In this document: positions 18,248 through 28,289 of the stretch, one piece after another | Layout of the letters: every line of letters starts with the position of its first letter | Position numbering within the stretch: position 1 is the stretch's first letter | Assembly (NCBI GenBank): GCA_045636065.1 | Contig: JAZTWW010000046.1 | Span: 1,489 to 65,488, forward strand | Reading direction: 5' to 3' | Origin: Kiritimatiellia bacterium | GTDB taxonomy: Bacteria > Verrucomicrobiota > Kiritimatiellia > RFP12 > UBA1067 | DNA length: 64,000 nucleotides | Notes under the pieces: model-generated | The model's database searches: none | Seen by the model: the letters and a program-made list of their open reading frames with translations, nothing else | Told to the model about the DNA's origin: nothing | Translations under genes and position numbers: made by a program

Positions 18248-19469
18248 TTAACAAATCCTCATAAACCTTACGCATATTGATTGCATAATTTTCCCAAGTA
18301 TAATTCTCTTTCATCATCTTTGACGCATTTCGTCCGATCTCTTCGCGTTCATTTGGATGCTCTATAAGCCACTCGATCTTATCAGCAATGGCATTTGCAT
18401 TTTTCATAGGAACAACGCAGCCATTAATACCATCAGTGATTGGCAAACCACTTTGATATGTTGCTACAACTGGTAGCCCCGCAGTCAGAGCCTCCATACC
18501 GCTCTGTGCGCAACCATCGGCTAGAGAGGGGAAAAGATAACAATCTGCTCTAGCTAAGAAATCCTTTAACTCATCCTGCGGCTTTTGACCATGATAAACA
18601 ACTGGCAACTCTGCATATTTCTCAAGCAAGATTCTTGGTGCTTCTACTCTACCAACTATATCATATTCAACTTTCACACCCCTATCCACCAATACTTTCA
18701 GAGATTCCAAAATATATTCTGCTCCTTTCAACAGAATGAATCCACCTGTAAATAGAACACGAAATGTATCATTGCAACTATAATCATCCTTTAATCCTTG
18801 AAAGTCTTCACGTACCCCCAAGTAAACCACTCGAAGTTTAGAAGCTGGATACCCTTGTTGAATAAATGAATCGCGTATATGATATGCATTGACTACGATC
18901 ATATCAGCTTCATTACAATCCCTAATCACATTAGTCCATACACCCACATCTGGATCAATCGTAGGCTTAAGCCCATATTTAGCGCAGTCGTCCCACAAAT
19001 TCCTTTTACTAGCAGCCGGATGCAATGCACTGTGATCAACCAACACTTTCATACCATGTCGCTTAGCATACCTAATAGCGCCACCTTGTCCGGCACCACT
19101 CCGGACATGAAAAATCTCCCCGCCATGCAAATGACGCTTGCTATACCATCCAAAGAAACTCCAAATATACTTGTACAACTTTCTATAAACGCCATTGAAA
19201 CACCTATCTAAAATCAGCAACACTTGATTCAAAAATTCTGGCGCATAGCAACTGCATACTTTTATCTTCGCATCATGAATCTGCCTCTTTCTTATAGCAC
19301 CAGTCAACTTTTTCCCTCTCAAAAAGGCCAAGAAACGAAGAATCGCCGATTTTTCATTTGTCGGCACATAGCCACAAATAAAACTTAGATTGTCCACTTC
19401 CTTCGCAACACTCTGCGCCGACGAGACTAAATGCAAGGGTCCAATGCCGCATGATAGTATAACTTTCAT
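18228..19469 (-). CDS. glycosyltransferase family 4
   Basis: C-terminal YLFPSLADGCAQSGMEALTAGLPVVAT GT-B motif. Confidence 0.8.
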   Translation of the reverse strand: MKVILSCGIGPLHLVSSAQSVAKEVDNLSFICGYVPTNEKSAILRFLAFLRGKKLTGAIRKRQIHDAKIKVCSCYAPEFLNQVLLILDRCFNGVYRKLYKYIWSFFGWYSKRHLHGGEIFHVRSGAGQGGAIRYAKRHGMKVLVDHSALHPAASKRNLWDDCAKYGLKPTIDPDVGVWTNVIRDCNEADMIVVNAYHIRDSFIQQGYPASKLRVVYLGVREDFQGLKDDYSCNDTFRVLFTGGFILLKGAEYILESLKVLVDRGVKVEYDIVGRVEAPRILLEKYAELPVVYHGQKPQDELKDFLARADCYLFPSLADGCAQSGMEALTAGLPVVATYQSGLPITDGINGCVVPMKNANAIADKIEWLIEHPNEREEIGRNASKMMKENYTWENYAINMRKVYEDLLNDTTID

Positions 19470-19470
19470 T

Positions 19471-20796
19471 TTAACATCCTATAGCAAGATTATTAAAACG
19501 ACGACTATTGGCCTCCTTTTGAGATAGCAAGCAAAGTATTATTATCACTACCTCTGGAATGCGGTTTCCTGCAGGTGAAAACATAATGTCCCATACAAAA
19601 ATTGGTATGCCTAGCGATAAGTACCCGAACAACTCCGGTATCGCATCAAGATTTCTAATTAGGGTCTTGAGCAATAACGCCAGTACATATGCCCAAAACA
19701 ACAAACCGAACACTCCATGCCACATCCAATATGTCATCAAATGCGAATGCGCCGGAATCCTTTTACGAATCCCTGGATGATTTGTAAAAAATTGCAACGC
19801 TCTTGCATAATCTTCCGGAGCACCATACTTATTTAGAAATTCAAGGTAAAGACCATCATAATCTATTGCCCATGATCCCCTACCGACAATTGGATGCTGT
19901 GATGCGGCATATCCGCCAACAAAGAATTCTATTCGCCCTGCCATTATCATGTGCAAGGCTGAACTACTGCCCCTTGTTTGCATTTCATACTTCCTTTGCT
20001 CTTCCTCTCCAAGGCACCCTTTCGTAACGGCATATTGATATAAATACTTGGCTCCCAACATCACACACAGCAATGCCATCCCTATAAAAATAAAATGCCT
20101 TTTTATAAATCTCCCTCCCTTCTTTGATTGTTTCCCAAAATAGACCAACACCAAGGATACTGCAAGGGCGAGGAATCCAGATCTAGCACCTATATACAAT
20201 GAATACGCAGCCACTCCAGCAATTGACAATATGCAATATAAATAAGGTGTAGAAACAAACCAAGCACGAACGGGCAATAAGACGAAATGATCAATTAGAC
20301 CTTTCCAATACAACTTATAAGCAATCGTCTTGTCTATAGCTTGTTCAAGCGACAATTCATCGTCAACAGAAGAAGCTCGCTGGAAAAGAAACGTAGAAAG
20401 CACATACGATAATGCGCATCCTAAAATAAACCATCTTGTCGCCTTTACATTTCTCCTTAAAAGATGATATAAGCATATCACATTACACAAATACACGACA
20501 GGAGTTGCGACACCCTTTAATGAAAATATTAAGTTGATTCCATTATATATATCTGCAAAAACAGCCCCTAAAAACCACAGCAACAGCAACGATATCAAAG
20601 TTATAATACCATCACGCCGAAAATTTGGCATCTCTCGCGTTACAACAAATGGTGTCGCGCAGATAAAAGCCAGCTCTGTAATCGCTAAACTTCCTCCGAT
20701 GCTGATACGTGCCATAGAAAAAAGCCCAACCCAGAACAAAAGAACAGCGTTTTGACGCTCATCCCTTATCGAATACATTTTCTGATTATCAATCAT
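19471..20796 (-). CDS. Wzy-like O-antigen/polysaccharide polymerase (O-antigen ligase family membrane protein)
   Basis: 441 aa, about 10 predicted TM helices with a large loop. Positioned between a GT and the Wzx flippase. Confidence 0.55.
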   Translation of the reverse strand: MIDNQKMYSIRDERQNAVLLFWVGLFSMARISIGGSLAITELAFICATPFVVTREMPNFRRDGIITLISLLLLWFLGAVFADIYNGINLIFSLKGVATPVVYLCNVICLYHLLRRNVKATRWFILGCALSYVLSTFLFQRASSVDDELSLEQAIDKTIAYKLYWKGLIDHFVLLPVRAWFVSTPYLYCILSIAGVAAYSLYIGARSGFLALAVSLVLVYFGKQSKKGGRFIKRHFIFIGMALLCVMLGAKYLYQYAVTKGCLGEEEQRKYEMQTRGSSSALHMIMAGRIEFFVGGYAASQHPIVGRGSWAIDYDGLYLEFLNKYGAPEDYARALQFFTNHPGIRKRIPAHSHLMTYWMWHGVFGLLFWAYVLALLLKTLIRNLDAIPELFGYLSLGIPIFVWDIMFSPAGNRIPEVVIIILCLLSQKEANSRRFNNLAIGC

Positions 20797-20867
20797 TTCT
20801 ACCGTATCTTTCAGACGCTTTATAACAACCTAACATGTGCCTTCAGGACACCTCAGAATCCTTGCTA

Positions 20868-22427
20868 CTAGGATGCCATCAATCTCTTAATATACATTTT
20901 TACCTTAAGAGTTAAATACAACCTATCGTCCGTATCAAAGAGAAAATTCCATGCAGAAATAAACATCACAGAAATCGAACAAAAAGACAAAACCACTAAT
21001 CTCACAAACGACTGAGCCATGACTGTCTGTAGAAAAAGCCCAGAAACAATCCCTACAATCGAAATACAACACAATGGCAAAACGACAAATCTAAGCCAGT
21101 ATCTTGCGCTTAATCCAGTATACAATCTTGCGACAAATACATCTGACAAGCATGCTAAGACTGTTGTAATTATCAATGCAATGCAAACCATGTATGGTTG
21201 TCTACAAATTAAGATCGTCACCATGGACAAAGGAATCGCCGTAAGACACGCAGTTCCCCTGAATAATTGGAACCAAGCGACCTTGCCAACAGCTCGGACC
21301 GCCTGCCCCTGACCAAGTGACAACTTTTCCAAGACAACAACGACAAGCCAACAAAGGCATAGAGATTCTGCATGTTCGGGGGGATTTTTAAGCCATACCT
21401 TCAACACTTCTGAAATCTCAAGGCCTATAGGAACCGCAAAAACCATCGTTAACAACGTCCCGAATTTACTCGCAGTATATGCTAGTTTTGTCATACGTTT
21501 CATATTTCCTTCGCCGTAAGCAGTTGTCACCGCTGGACCAAACGCCCCATTCAGTGCACCTGTTAAGGCAGCCGCCTCTCCCCCTACTGTCGATCCTACA
21601 GTATAAGCTGCGTTTACCTTTGGCCCGAATATCTTATTAACAATAATTTCAAGACACTGATGACGCGCAAGATAACCTATTCCTCCAAAAGCCTGCCACC
21701 AAGCATAGCTAGCCAACTGCTTAATTTTTTTTAAGTTCATTATCGAAGACAGAACCATTCTGCATTCAGGAAAAACTTTGAGTGCACGAACACAAATTAC
21801 CATTTGCGGCACAATAGCAATAATGCACATTGCACACCCATACCCCAACAACCAATCCCTTTCAATAGTAGTCATATAATAAACAAAACCAGTTCTGAAA
21901 AGGACCTGCGTTAAGCTATATGCCGTTAGCTCAGCTATATACTGTTTTGCAGTAAACATAGCCTGAAAAGGGACATTGATCATGCTTATAAAACAGGAAA
22001 TCATGGAGAAACGCCAAAGCCAAAGACATGTTTCAATTCTAGATGCTGGTATTGTGAGCCAGCCGGTGGTTATCGCCATTTTCCCTAACGGATAGCCAAG
22101 AGCAACCAGAAAAAGTGGAAGAATCGTATGAATCATAACACCTGTAGTAAACCATTCACGACATTCAGATATTGCTCTCGTTTTATCTGTTGTAGCGTTC
22201 GCCTTTCCGATTGAGTAAGCGTAAAATCTACTTAACGCTGCACTAAATTGGATATTTATGAAGCTTACAAATAGCACAAGGCTTCCTACAACGCCAAACA
22301 ACCCAAACTTCTCGTGCCCTAAGGCCATCAAAACCCACCTTGTAGAGAAAATACCGCACAATACGCCTACAAGTGTTCTTCCGTAAGTTGCAAGAACATT
22401 AACAACTATTCTCTGATTTGGGGACAT
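20868..22427 (-). CDS. Wzx-type oligosaccharide flippase (MOP superfamily)
   Basis: 519 aa with 12-14 TM helices and polysaccharide-biosynthesis-protein topology. Confidence 0.75.
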   Translation of the reverse strand: MSPNQRIVVNVLATYGRTLVGVLCGIFSTRWVLMALGHEKFGLFGVVGSLVLFVSFINIQFSAALSRFYAYSIGKANATTDKTRAISECREWFTTGVMIHTILPLFLVALGYPLGKMAITTGWLTIPASRIETCLWLWRFSMISCFISMINVPFQAMFTAKQYIAELTAYSLTQVLFRTGFVYYMTTIERDWLLGYGCAMCIIAIVPQMVICVRALKVFPECRMVLSSIMNLKKIKQLASYAWWQAFGGIGYLARHQCLEIIVNKIFGPKVNAAYTVGSTVGGEAAALTGALNGAFGPAVTTAYGEGNMKRMTKLAYTASKFGTLLTMVFAVPIGLEISEVLKVWLKNPPEHAESLCLCWLVVVVLEKLSLGQGQAVRAVGKVAWFQLFRGTACLTAIPLSMVTILICRQPYMVCIALIITTVLACLSDVFVARLYTGLSARYWLRFVVLPLCCISIVGIVSGLFLQTVMAQSFVRLVVLSFCSISVMFISAWNFLFDTDDRLYLTLKVKMYIKRLMAS

Positions 22428-22443
22428 GCTAACCTTGGAATGT

Positions 22444-23151
22444 CTAACCTCTTGCCAAAAAACTCAACCATTCATCCTTATTGCGACTTAAATACCATTT
22501 ATGGTTCGAGTAGTCCTTATAAAACATTGGCGCCATAGTGCTTTCCCATTGAACAACAGGCGTCTTCCAATCGCCGTAAAGCTTCTCTAAAACAACTTCA
22601 TAGTTATCAGGCACAAACGTTGTCACCCCATGAATAGATAGAGTTGCCAAGTTTTTAGGTATTGGCCAATAAAAAACTGGCCAGTAAATGTTCTTTTTAT
22701 CCGTGATATGGCATATTGATCTTCTGTCATCGTCAAAATGCAATTGAAAAAAATCTATGCTTACCTCTTTGTATCGCATTGAGAACTCGTGTAATTTATT
22801 GTCAAGCAACAAGAATCTTTCAAAAACAAACCCCTCATTCTCCAAAGACTCAAAAAAAGGTTTTACTTTCCCATTTTCGGGCATCATCGCAAAATCTATA
22901 TCCTCATCGTGTGGAATAAAGCCACCGTCTCGCACAAATCCCAACAAAGTGCCAAAAGCAGCATGATATGGCATAGAGACGCTCACAGCCACTTTGTATA
23001 TCCTCTCGACAGCTTCATAACCGTAACGCCGGATAAGGCGACGTTTAATCTTCAACACATGTACAGCAAACCATCTAACAAATGGATACAACAGCCTTTT
23101 GAGAATAGCATTTTCTCGTAACTTTATCCGCAAGTTCCTTAAAACGTCCAT
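22444..23151 (-). CDS. LicD-family phosphotransferase
   Basis: LicD motif AAFGTLLGFVRDGGFIPHDEDIDF. Confidence 0.8.
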   Translation of the reverse strand: MDVLRNLRIKLRENAILKRLLYPFVRWFAVHVLKIKRRLIRRYGYEAVERIYKVAVSVSMPYHAAFGTLLGFVRDGGFIPHDEDIDFAMMPENGKVKPFFESLENEGFVFERFLLLDNKLHEFSMRYKEVSIDFFQLHFDDDRRSICHITDKKNIYWPVFYWPIPKNLATLSIHGVTTFVPDNYEVVLEKLYGDWKTPVVQWESTMAPMFYKDYSNHKWYLSRNKDEWLSFLARG

Positions 23152-23167
23152 GTTAAGGTTCTTTCAA

Positions 23168-24031
23168 TTAGACATGGTTATATGCCCTGTGAAACAAATG
23201 CTCAGGTATTCGACTTTCTGGAGGTGGAAGTTCTCGCCAATTACCAAACAACTGCGTCAAATACAACTCCGCCATCGATGGAACAGATATACTTCCATCT
23301 TCAAATGGCACGACACGTCCTTCACCAAACATCCCCTTAGCAAATATTCTGTCTGTACGCATTTTAAAAAAGGCAAATTCAGCCACAGACTTACTTGTAG
23401 CATAAGGCCATCGCATAGCATATGTATCATATAATTCCATCATGGCATCATTATCAGCAGTCCGTGGATAAAGCCATGAAACAAAAAATCCAAGTATCCG
23501 ACATGCTGCATATACAAATGGCCGACTCTTGCCAGTCGCCTCTTTCGTAACTGTTGAACTATTCGGAAATCTATATAATTGGCATAAACGTAATGCACGT
23601 CGTCCGAGCCACCATTTTTTGATATCGCAAATTGACGTAGGTAGCCCATCCAAAATGAATATATCAATGGACGGCTCTCGATCCGTATCAATTCTTGTCG
23701 CTTGTCGCAATTTATCAAGGAGTCCACTCTCAAAATTCAATATTTTCCCGAAATATATAGACGACCGTCTTTCTACGCCACCTCGAATAAAACGCATATT
23801 TTTAGGTAATTCGTCATTAATGATTGCAACAAGTTTATTAAAGTCTTCTCGCGGCATTGCAACGTCAAAATCATCATCCCACGGTATAAAACCCTTGTGT
23901 CGAATTGCACCCAAAGCTGTGCCTCCAATTGCAAAATACAAAAGATTATGCTTTTGGCAAATTCTAGAATATTCGTGGAATATTTTTAATACTTCCAGCT
24001 GATACGGTCTCAAATCCCAACTTGGCATCAT
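23168..24031 (-). CDS. LicD-family phosphotransferase
   Basis: LicD motif AIGGTALGAIRHKGFIPWDDDFDV. Confidence 0.75.
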   Translation of the reverse strand: MMPSWDLRPYQLEVLKIFHEYSRICQKHNLLYFAIGGTALGAIRHKGFIPWDDDFDVAMPREDFNKLVAIINDELPKNMRFIRGGVERRSSIYFGKILNFESGLLDKLRQATRIDTDREPSIDIFILDGLPTSICDIKKWWLGRRALRLCQLYRFPNSSTVTKEATGKSRPFVYAACRILGFFVSWLYPRTADNDAMMELYDTYAMRWPYATSKSVAEFAFFKMRTDRIFAKGMFGEGRVVPFEDGSISVPSMAELYLTQLFGNWRELPPPESRIPEHLFHRAYNHV

Positions 24032-24037
24032 CTTCTC

Positions 24038-25390
24038 CTAAATGAGATATTGCCGCGCACATGTCAGCAATCGGAGTAGATTTTTAGAATTATCAGAAGT
24101 CCAAGCACTGCTTGAACTTTCTTGTTTTTGAATATTATTAATAAGATCTGCTAGTTCATAACGCAATCCATCTCCGACAAAAGAACAAAACACGCGTCTT
24201 GTTGTCTGTCCCATATCATTTCTAACCTCAAAATATTCGGTTTTCCACCAAGGGCTTGGAACATAAATATAACCAGTCGTTCCCGCCACAGTCAAGGCTC
24301 CCTCTGACTTTGCAGACAAGCCTACCGTGAAGATTCCTGTCGCGGAGGGATACTTGATCATACCCGTCGCAAAGGACTCAACGCGATCACTTGGGTCACG
24401 AAGCGGATGAATCGTCATTTGTGATGGGTCAGCCGGACCGAGCAACTTGATAATCGGACAGAGTACATACGAGGCAAGTTCAGATATCGCGCCACCACCC
24501 ATTGCCGGATCGTACTCACGAAGTGTCTTATCGAGCGTTAACTTAGTAAAGACGGCGTTCACTTGGCGAATCTTGCCAATCACGCCCCCCTTCGCCAAGT
24601 TGACAAGCCGTTTGAAGCATGGGGCAAAGGCTGTCTTAAGAGCCTCCTGAAGAACAACACCGTTTTTCGACGCCAAGGCATAGAGATCCTTTGCTTCTTC
24701 ATAGTCAAGCGTCAATGGTTTCTCGCACAGGACATGCTTCTTTGCCGTTAGCGCCTTACGCACATAGTCGGCATGGAATGGATGCGGTGTGGCAACATAG
24801 ACGACATCGACAGATTGCAACATCACGTCAAAATCTGAATATGCATCCTTAATCGAATGCTTCGCGGCAAACTCATCTGCGAGATTTCGCATTGGATTGC
24901 ATACGGCATCAAACACGATGCCTGACACAAATCGACTTTCGACGATAAACCGATTGGCTATTCTCCCACAGCCGACGATCCCACCGCGGAGAATGTGCCG
25001 CGAATCATTTCGGATCATTGTCGAGCTAATGCCCTTCGTTCGCGGCAGATAAACCACTTCGCACCATTCTTTCAGATAATCATACTTTCCGAGCCAGTCG
25101 TCGCCAATGACAAAAACATCTATGCCGTAGCGCTGTACGTCTTCAATCTTCTGCCCCTCATATTCTTCAACAAATATTACGTCTGCCATCCCACTATCCT
25201 TGACTTGCCCCATCCGTTCGATGAGACTTTGCACAACATTCAGCTTGCCGCGCTCACGATCGTAATTTTCGCTTGTGACCCCAACGAAGAGCTTCCCGCC
25301 CGTACCGCAATACATTCGTGCTCTTTCCAGAATGCGGCGATGCCCATCATGAAAGAAATCAAATGTTCCGTATGTTATCACATTAGCCAT
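24038..25390 (-). CDS. bifunctional TagD-like cytidylyltransferase / Gfo-Idh-MocA oxidoreductase fusion
   Basis: N-terminus ITYGTFDFFHDGH (HxGH CTase) followed by a Rossmann GIVGCGRIANRF and Gfo/Idh/MocA dehydrogenase body. ATG at 25390 with AAGGAG SD; ORF-track TTG start at 25408. Confidence 0.75.
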   Translation of the reverse strand: MANVITYGTFDFFHDGHRRILERARMYCGTGGKLFVGVTSENYDRERGKLNVVQSLIERMGQVKDSGMADVIFVEEYEGQKIEDVQRYGIDVFVIGDDWLGKYDYLKEWCEVVYLPRTKGISSTMIRNDSRHILRGGIVGCGRIANRFIVESRFVSGIVFDAVCNPMRNLADEFAAKHSIKDAYSDFDVMLQSVDVVYVATPHPFHADYVRKALTAKKHVLCEKPLTLDYEEAKDLYALASKNGVVLQEALKTAFAPCFKRLVNLAKGGVIGKIRQVNAVFTKLTLDKTLREYDPAMGGGAISELASYVLCPIIKLLGPADPSQMTIHPLRDPSDRVESFATGMIKYPSATGIFTVGLSAKSEGALTVAGTTGYIYVPSPWWKTEYFEVRNDMGQTTRRVFCSFVGDGLRYELADLINNIQKQESSSSAWTSDNSKNLLRLLTCARQYLI

Positions 25391-25533
25391 TCTTTCTACT
25401 CCTTTCAAACTCTAATTCGTAATGTTTAGCACCGCCAACACCCAGCAATATACGAGCAATCCTCATATGAGCGCATACAAACTCCGCCCATATGTGGCAA
25501 CAATGTTCAGAAATATGCGACGATTAGGGGACA

Positions 25534-25734
25534 TTACTTTTCCGGCACCAATTGCGCGGCATCCAACTTATACATCAGCATACTCGCGAACATCAATTTC
25601 CTGACAGCATCTTCTTTACTGATCATCATGTCCTCATGTGCTTTAGGATTCCTTATGGCACTCATCGCCCCAGAAAACATCATCATATATCCACGCTGCG
25701 TATCTTTATTGGTCTGAGTATCAAGATTACCCAT
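25534..25734 (-). CDS. small hypothetical protein (possible C-terminal fragment of a TIGR02391-like gene)
   Basis: 66 aa containing FSGAMSAIRNPKAHE, recalled as a TIGR02391-type RNPxAH motif (memory-based). Confidence 0.3.
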   Translation of the reverse strand: MGNLDTQTNKDTQRGYMMMFSGAMSAIRNPKAHEDMMISKEDAVRKLMFASMLMYKLDAAQLVPEK

Positions 25735-25881
25735 GAATCCTCTCTGTCACGTTCCACGGGCGGCTTTCCTCTTCTTCCTTTGTCATTGGACGACATTCCA
25801 ATATTCTACAAGGATTCTCCGTCGAGAACAAATCTATCTTGTTTAGTGCCATAGGCATAATTCGATAGTCTTACACTTATA

Positions 25882-26580
25882 TCATTTGGCATTGTTTTTG
25901 AGTTTTTCAACCAACACAAATGATGCCAAGAATTCTGAATACTTTATCACGAAGCGCAAATACTGCCATAAGAATGCTAATGATATCATAATGTTCAATA
26001 TCACAGCCACGACTACACATGGCCAAGATGAGCCTGATTCCACAAGTATCACGACAATTGGAAGCAGTGCGAAAACTGATGTCATAAAAAGCACTCTGTT
26101 CAGGCCATAATACGCCATGTAATTCATGCCAGCAGGCGGTTCTCCTCCAAAGCGTGCTTGAGCAATGAGTCGCAATTCCCTCCGAGAATCCTCGCATGGC
26201 CTATAACCGAAAATATGTTCAAATGTCTCATACATGGCCTTTGCTTTATCGCGTATTGAGGATGGAATCTCCGTCTCAGGATTCATTGCATCAATTACGC
26301 CTGCGAATGGGTGTTTCATTCGTGATAGGTGCTTTCTAGCAAATGTATGCTCAACCAGCAAACTCGAAAGCGCATTGGCTAGATGACCCGCTATGTAACC
26401 AAGAATGACAACAACAAAATACGACCACTTTGATGCCTCCATCCAAGAAAACAGTACTTGCGCCTTACCTGGGCAAAAGGCGTACAAGTAAAGCAACCCC
26501 ACACCAAGGAAGGCAAAGCCAGACACCCAATAGCAAAACAAATCGTAAAATGTCGCTCTATTTGATAGTGTGCTAGACAT
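25882..26580 (-). CDS. hypothetical 4-TM membrane protein
   Basis: 232 aa with two N-terminal and two C-terminal hydrophobic helices flanking an ~80-aa soluble loop. No recognisable family. Confidence 0.45.
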   Translation of the reverse strand: MSSTLSNRATFYDLFCYWVSGFAFLGVGLLYLYAFCPGKAQVLFSWMEASKWSYFVVVILGYIAGHLANALSSLLVEHTFARKHLSRMKHPFAGVIDAMNPETEIPSSIRDKAKAMYETFEHIFGYRPCEDSRRELRLIAQARFGGEPPAGMNYMAYYGLNRVLFMTSVFALLPIVVILVESGSSWPCVVVAVILNIMISLAFLWQYLRFVIKYSEFLASFVLVEKLKNNAK

Positions 26581-26598
26581 ATCTACTTTTTTTTATCG

Positions 26599-27123
26599 CT
26601 AATCGCACAAACAAGAAATCGTTGGAATTCCGTACGCAATAATCAGTTTTTCAACCAAAAGCACCGGATTATCCGGTGAGAACACACGCTGCATCAAGGT
26701 CTGCCCATCAAGTTCGATATTGAATCGCGACTGCACCTTAGCTTTGACTGCATTATTGACTTCCTTAAATGCACTCAAAACAGCATCTGCATATTGACGC
26801 GACTTCATACGCGACTCGGCCACACGCCATACTGCAGGATGAGATATACCTTCTGTGCCGTAAAAATCTTGAGATGCCATCATTCGCAATGACATTAACT
26901 TCTTTATAATTGCATTTGCATCCTCAACGTTCATTCGCTGATTTGATCTCGTTGGCAAATGTGCTACGCGCACATCACGAACTTCATTTTCAAGCGAATG
27001 CCAAACCGCAAACGCCAACAACTTATCAGCAAGCTCCGACACCTCCGGTGTATCACCGTCCACACGATGCTTGCTGTACAACTCTAAAACCCGCAAAATT
27101 AAATCATCTATCTCATCAACCAT
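26599..27123 (-). CDS. hypothetical protein (possible N-terminal part of a TIGR02391-like protein)
   Basis: 174 aa. C-terminal YADAVLSAFKEVNNAVKAKV...GQTLMQRVFSPDNPVL resembles the first half of that family (memory-based). Confidence 0.4.
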   Translation of the reverse strand: MVDEIDDLILRVLELYSKHRVDGDTPEVSELADKLLAFAVWHSLENEVRDVRVAHLPTRSNQRMNVEDANAIIKKLMSLRMMASQDFYGTEGISHPAVWRVAESRMKSRQYADAVLSAFKEVNNAVKAKVQSRFNIELDGQTLMQRVFSPDNPVLLVEKLIIAYGIPTISCLCD

Positions 27124-27671
27124 GTCTTACCATATAAATAGAATTCTTTCCGGACTTTCCGCTACACTGGTAGCAGGCTTATATCCAAGTATGCGTAAAT
27201 ATTGGTTACGTTTCTACAAAATGTGATCTTCTCACAAATTACCGTCGCCGTACGGCGCTATAAAACAACCATGCACCATTTGCACAACTGACTATTCGAC
27301 AGTGTAGTATCCACCAGTTTCCTTGTTGCCACGACACCCGATTGAATCCAGTATCTTGGTGTGGACAGTTCACGCGAAAGTATAGCCTGGGATTTCCCTT
27401 TCAATGCAATCAAAGCTAATAGGGATAAGCCCTATTAAAGGCCTTCGCGCATGCCACCTTGCGGTATGACTTCATGTTCTGCAAAGTATTCTTGCCTGTG
27501 AAAATACTGTAGCGGCAGGGATGCCTTCTGTTTTGCCGGAGCGGAGTTCGTCAAGTCTTGTACGGCATTCCGCTAGCCACGCTGATTCAATTTCCAGATC
27601 AGTTGCGTTGCATGCAGGCATAAATCTGCGGTTTTCGTTCACGATGTTCGTCTCGCTCGGTTTGCTTGGGA

Positions 27672-28289
27672 CTACATAGTCCGAACGAATTCACGTACTT
27701 TTGATTCTATCTTCTGCTTGACTTCTTTCCAAGTCATGTGGACTAGCATCTCTGGCATTGGATCAGGCTCGGCGTCATCGAAATATGTCAACCCTCTCAA
27801 GGCAAAAGAAAACTCTGTAAGGGAATACTTGCTTTGATACAGGTCAAACATTTCCTTCAGCGAAAATCTGTCCAAGAGGAATGATATATCGACAAAATCC
27901 TTCTTTCTGCCTCGGTTGGCTGTAGCAGAGATCTTCATAGGTACGATATCAAGGATATCCGCAAGTTTCACGCCATCCTCAACAATTGGAGCTTTCAACC
28001 ATGGGTATGGATAATTCACAAAATCGACCTTGACCCCATCTACTCTTAGAAACTGCATCTGCCCATTATCTCTTCCTTCTGCGGAATGCCCAGAATTCAA
28101 AAGCAGTGAGCGAAATGAAATATTTTCATCAAAACTGCCAAAGAGATCAAGATCTATTGATTTTCTGTGTCCAAGAATCAGTGCAAGCGCAGTACCGCCG
28201 ACAAGACGGATGTCTGCGGCAGCAGGCAACGACTGGATATCCCTCAATATATCCAGGGTGCTGGCGAGGACTGTTTCTGTGTGTAGCAT
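27672..28289 (-). CDS. nucleotidyltransferase AbiEii/AbiGii-family toxin (type IV TA)
   Basis: N-terminal LVGGTALALILGHRKSIDLDLF motif of AbiEii-type nucleotidyltransferases. Confidence 0.7.
   Translation of the reverse strand: MLHTETVLASTLDILRDIQSLPAAADIRLVGGTALALILGHRKSIDLDLFGSFDENISFRSLLLNSGHSAEGRDNGQMQFLRVDGVKVDFVNYPYPWLKAPIVEDGVKLADILDIVPMKISATANRGRKKDFVDISFLLDRFSLKEMFDLYQSKYSLTEFSFALRGLTYFDDAEPDPMPEMLVHMTWKEVKQKIESKVREFVRTM

Noticed and set aside
27124-27671. RfaH-type ops/JUMPstart element (GGCGGTAG) upstream of the polysaccharide operon
   Set aside because: No copy of GGCGGTAG was found on the transcribed strand in the candidate leader regions inspected by eye.
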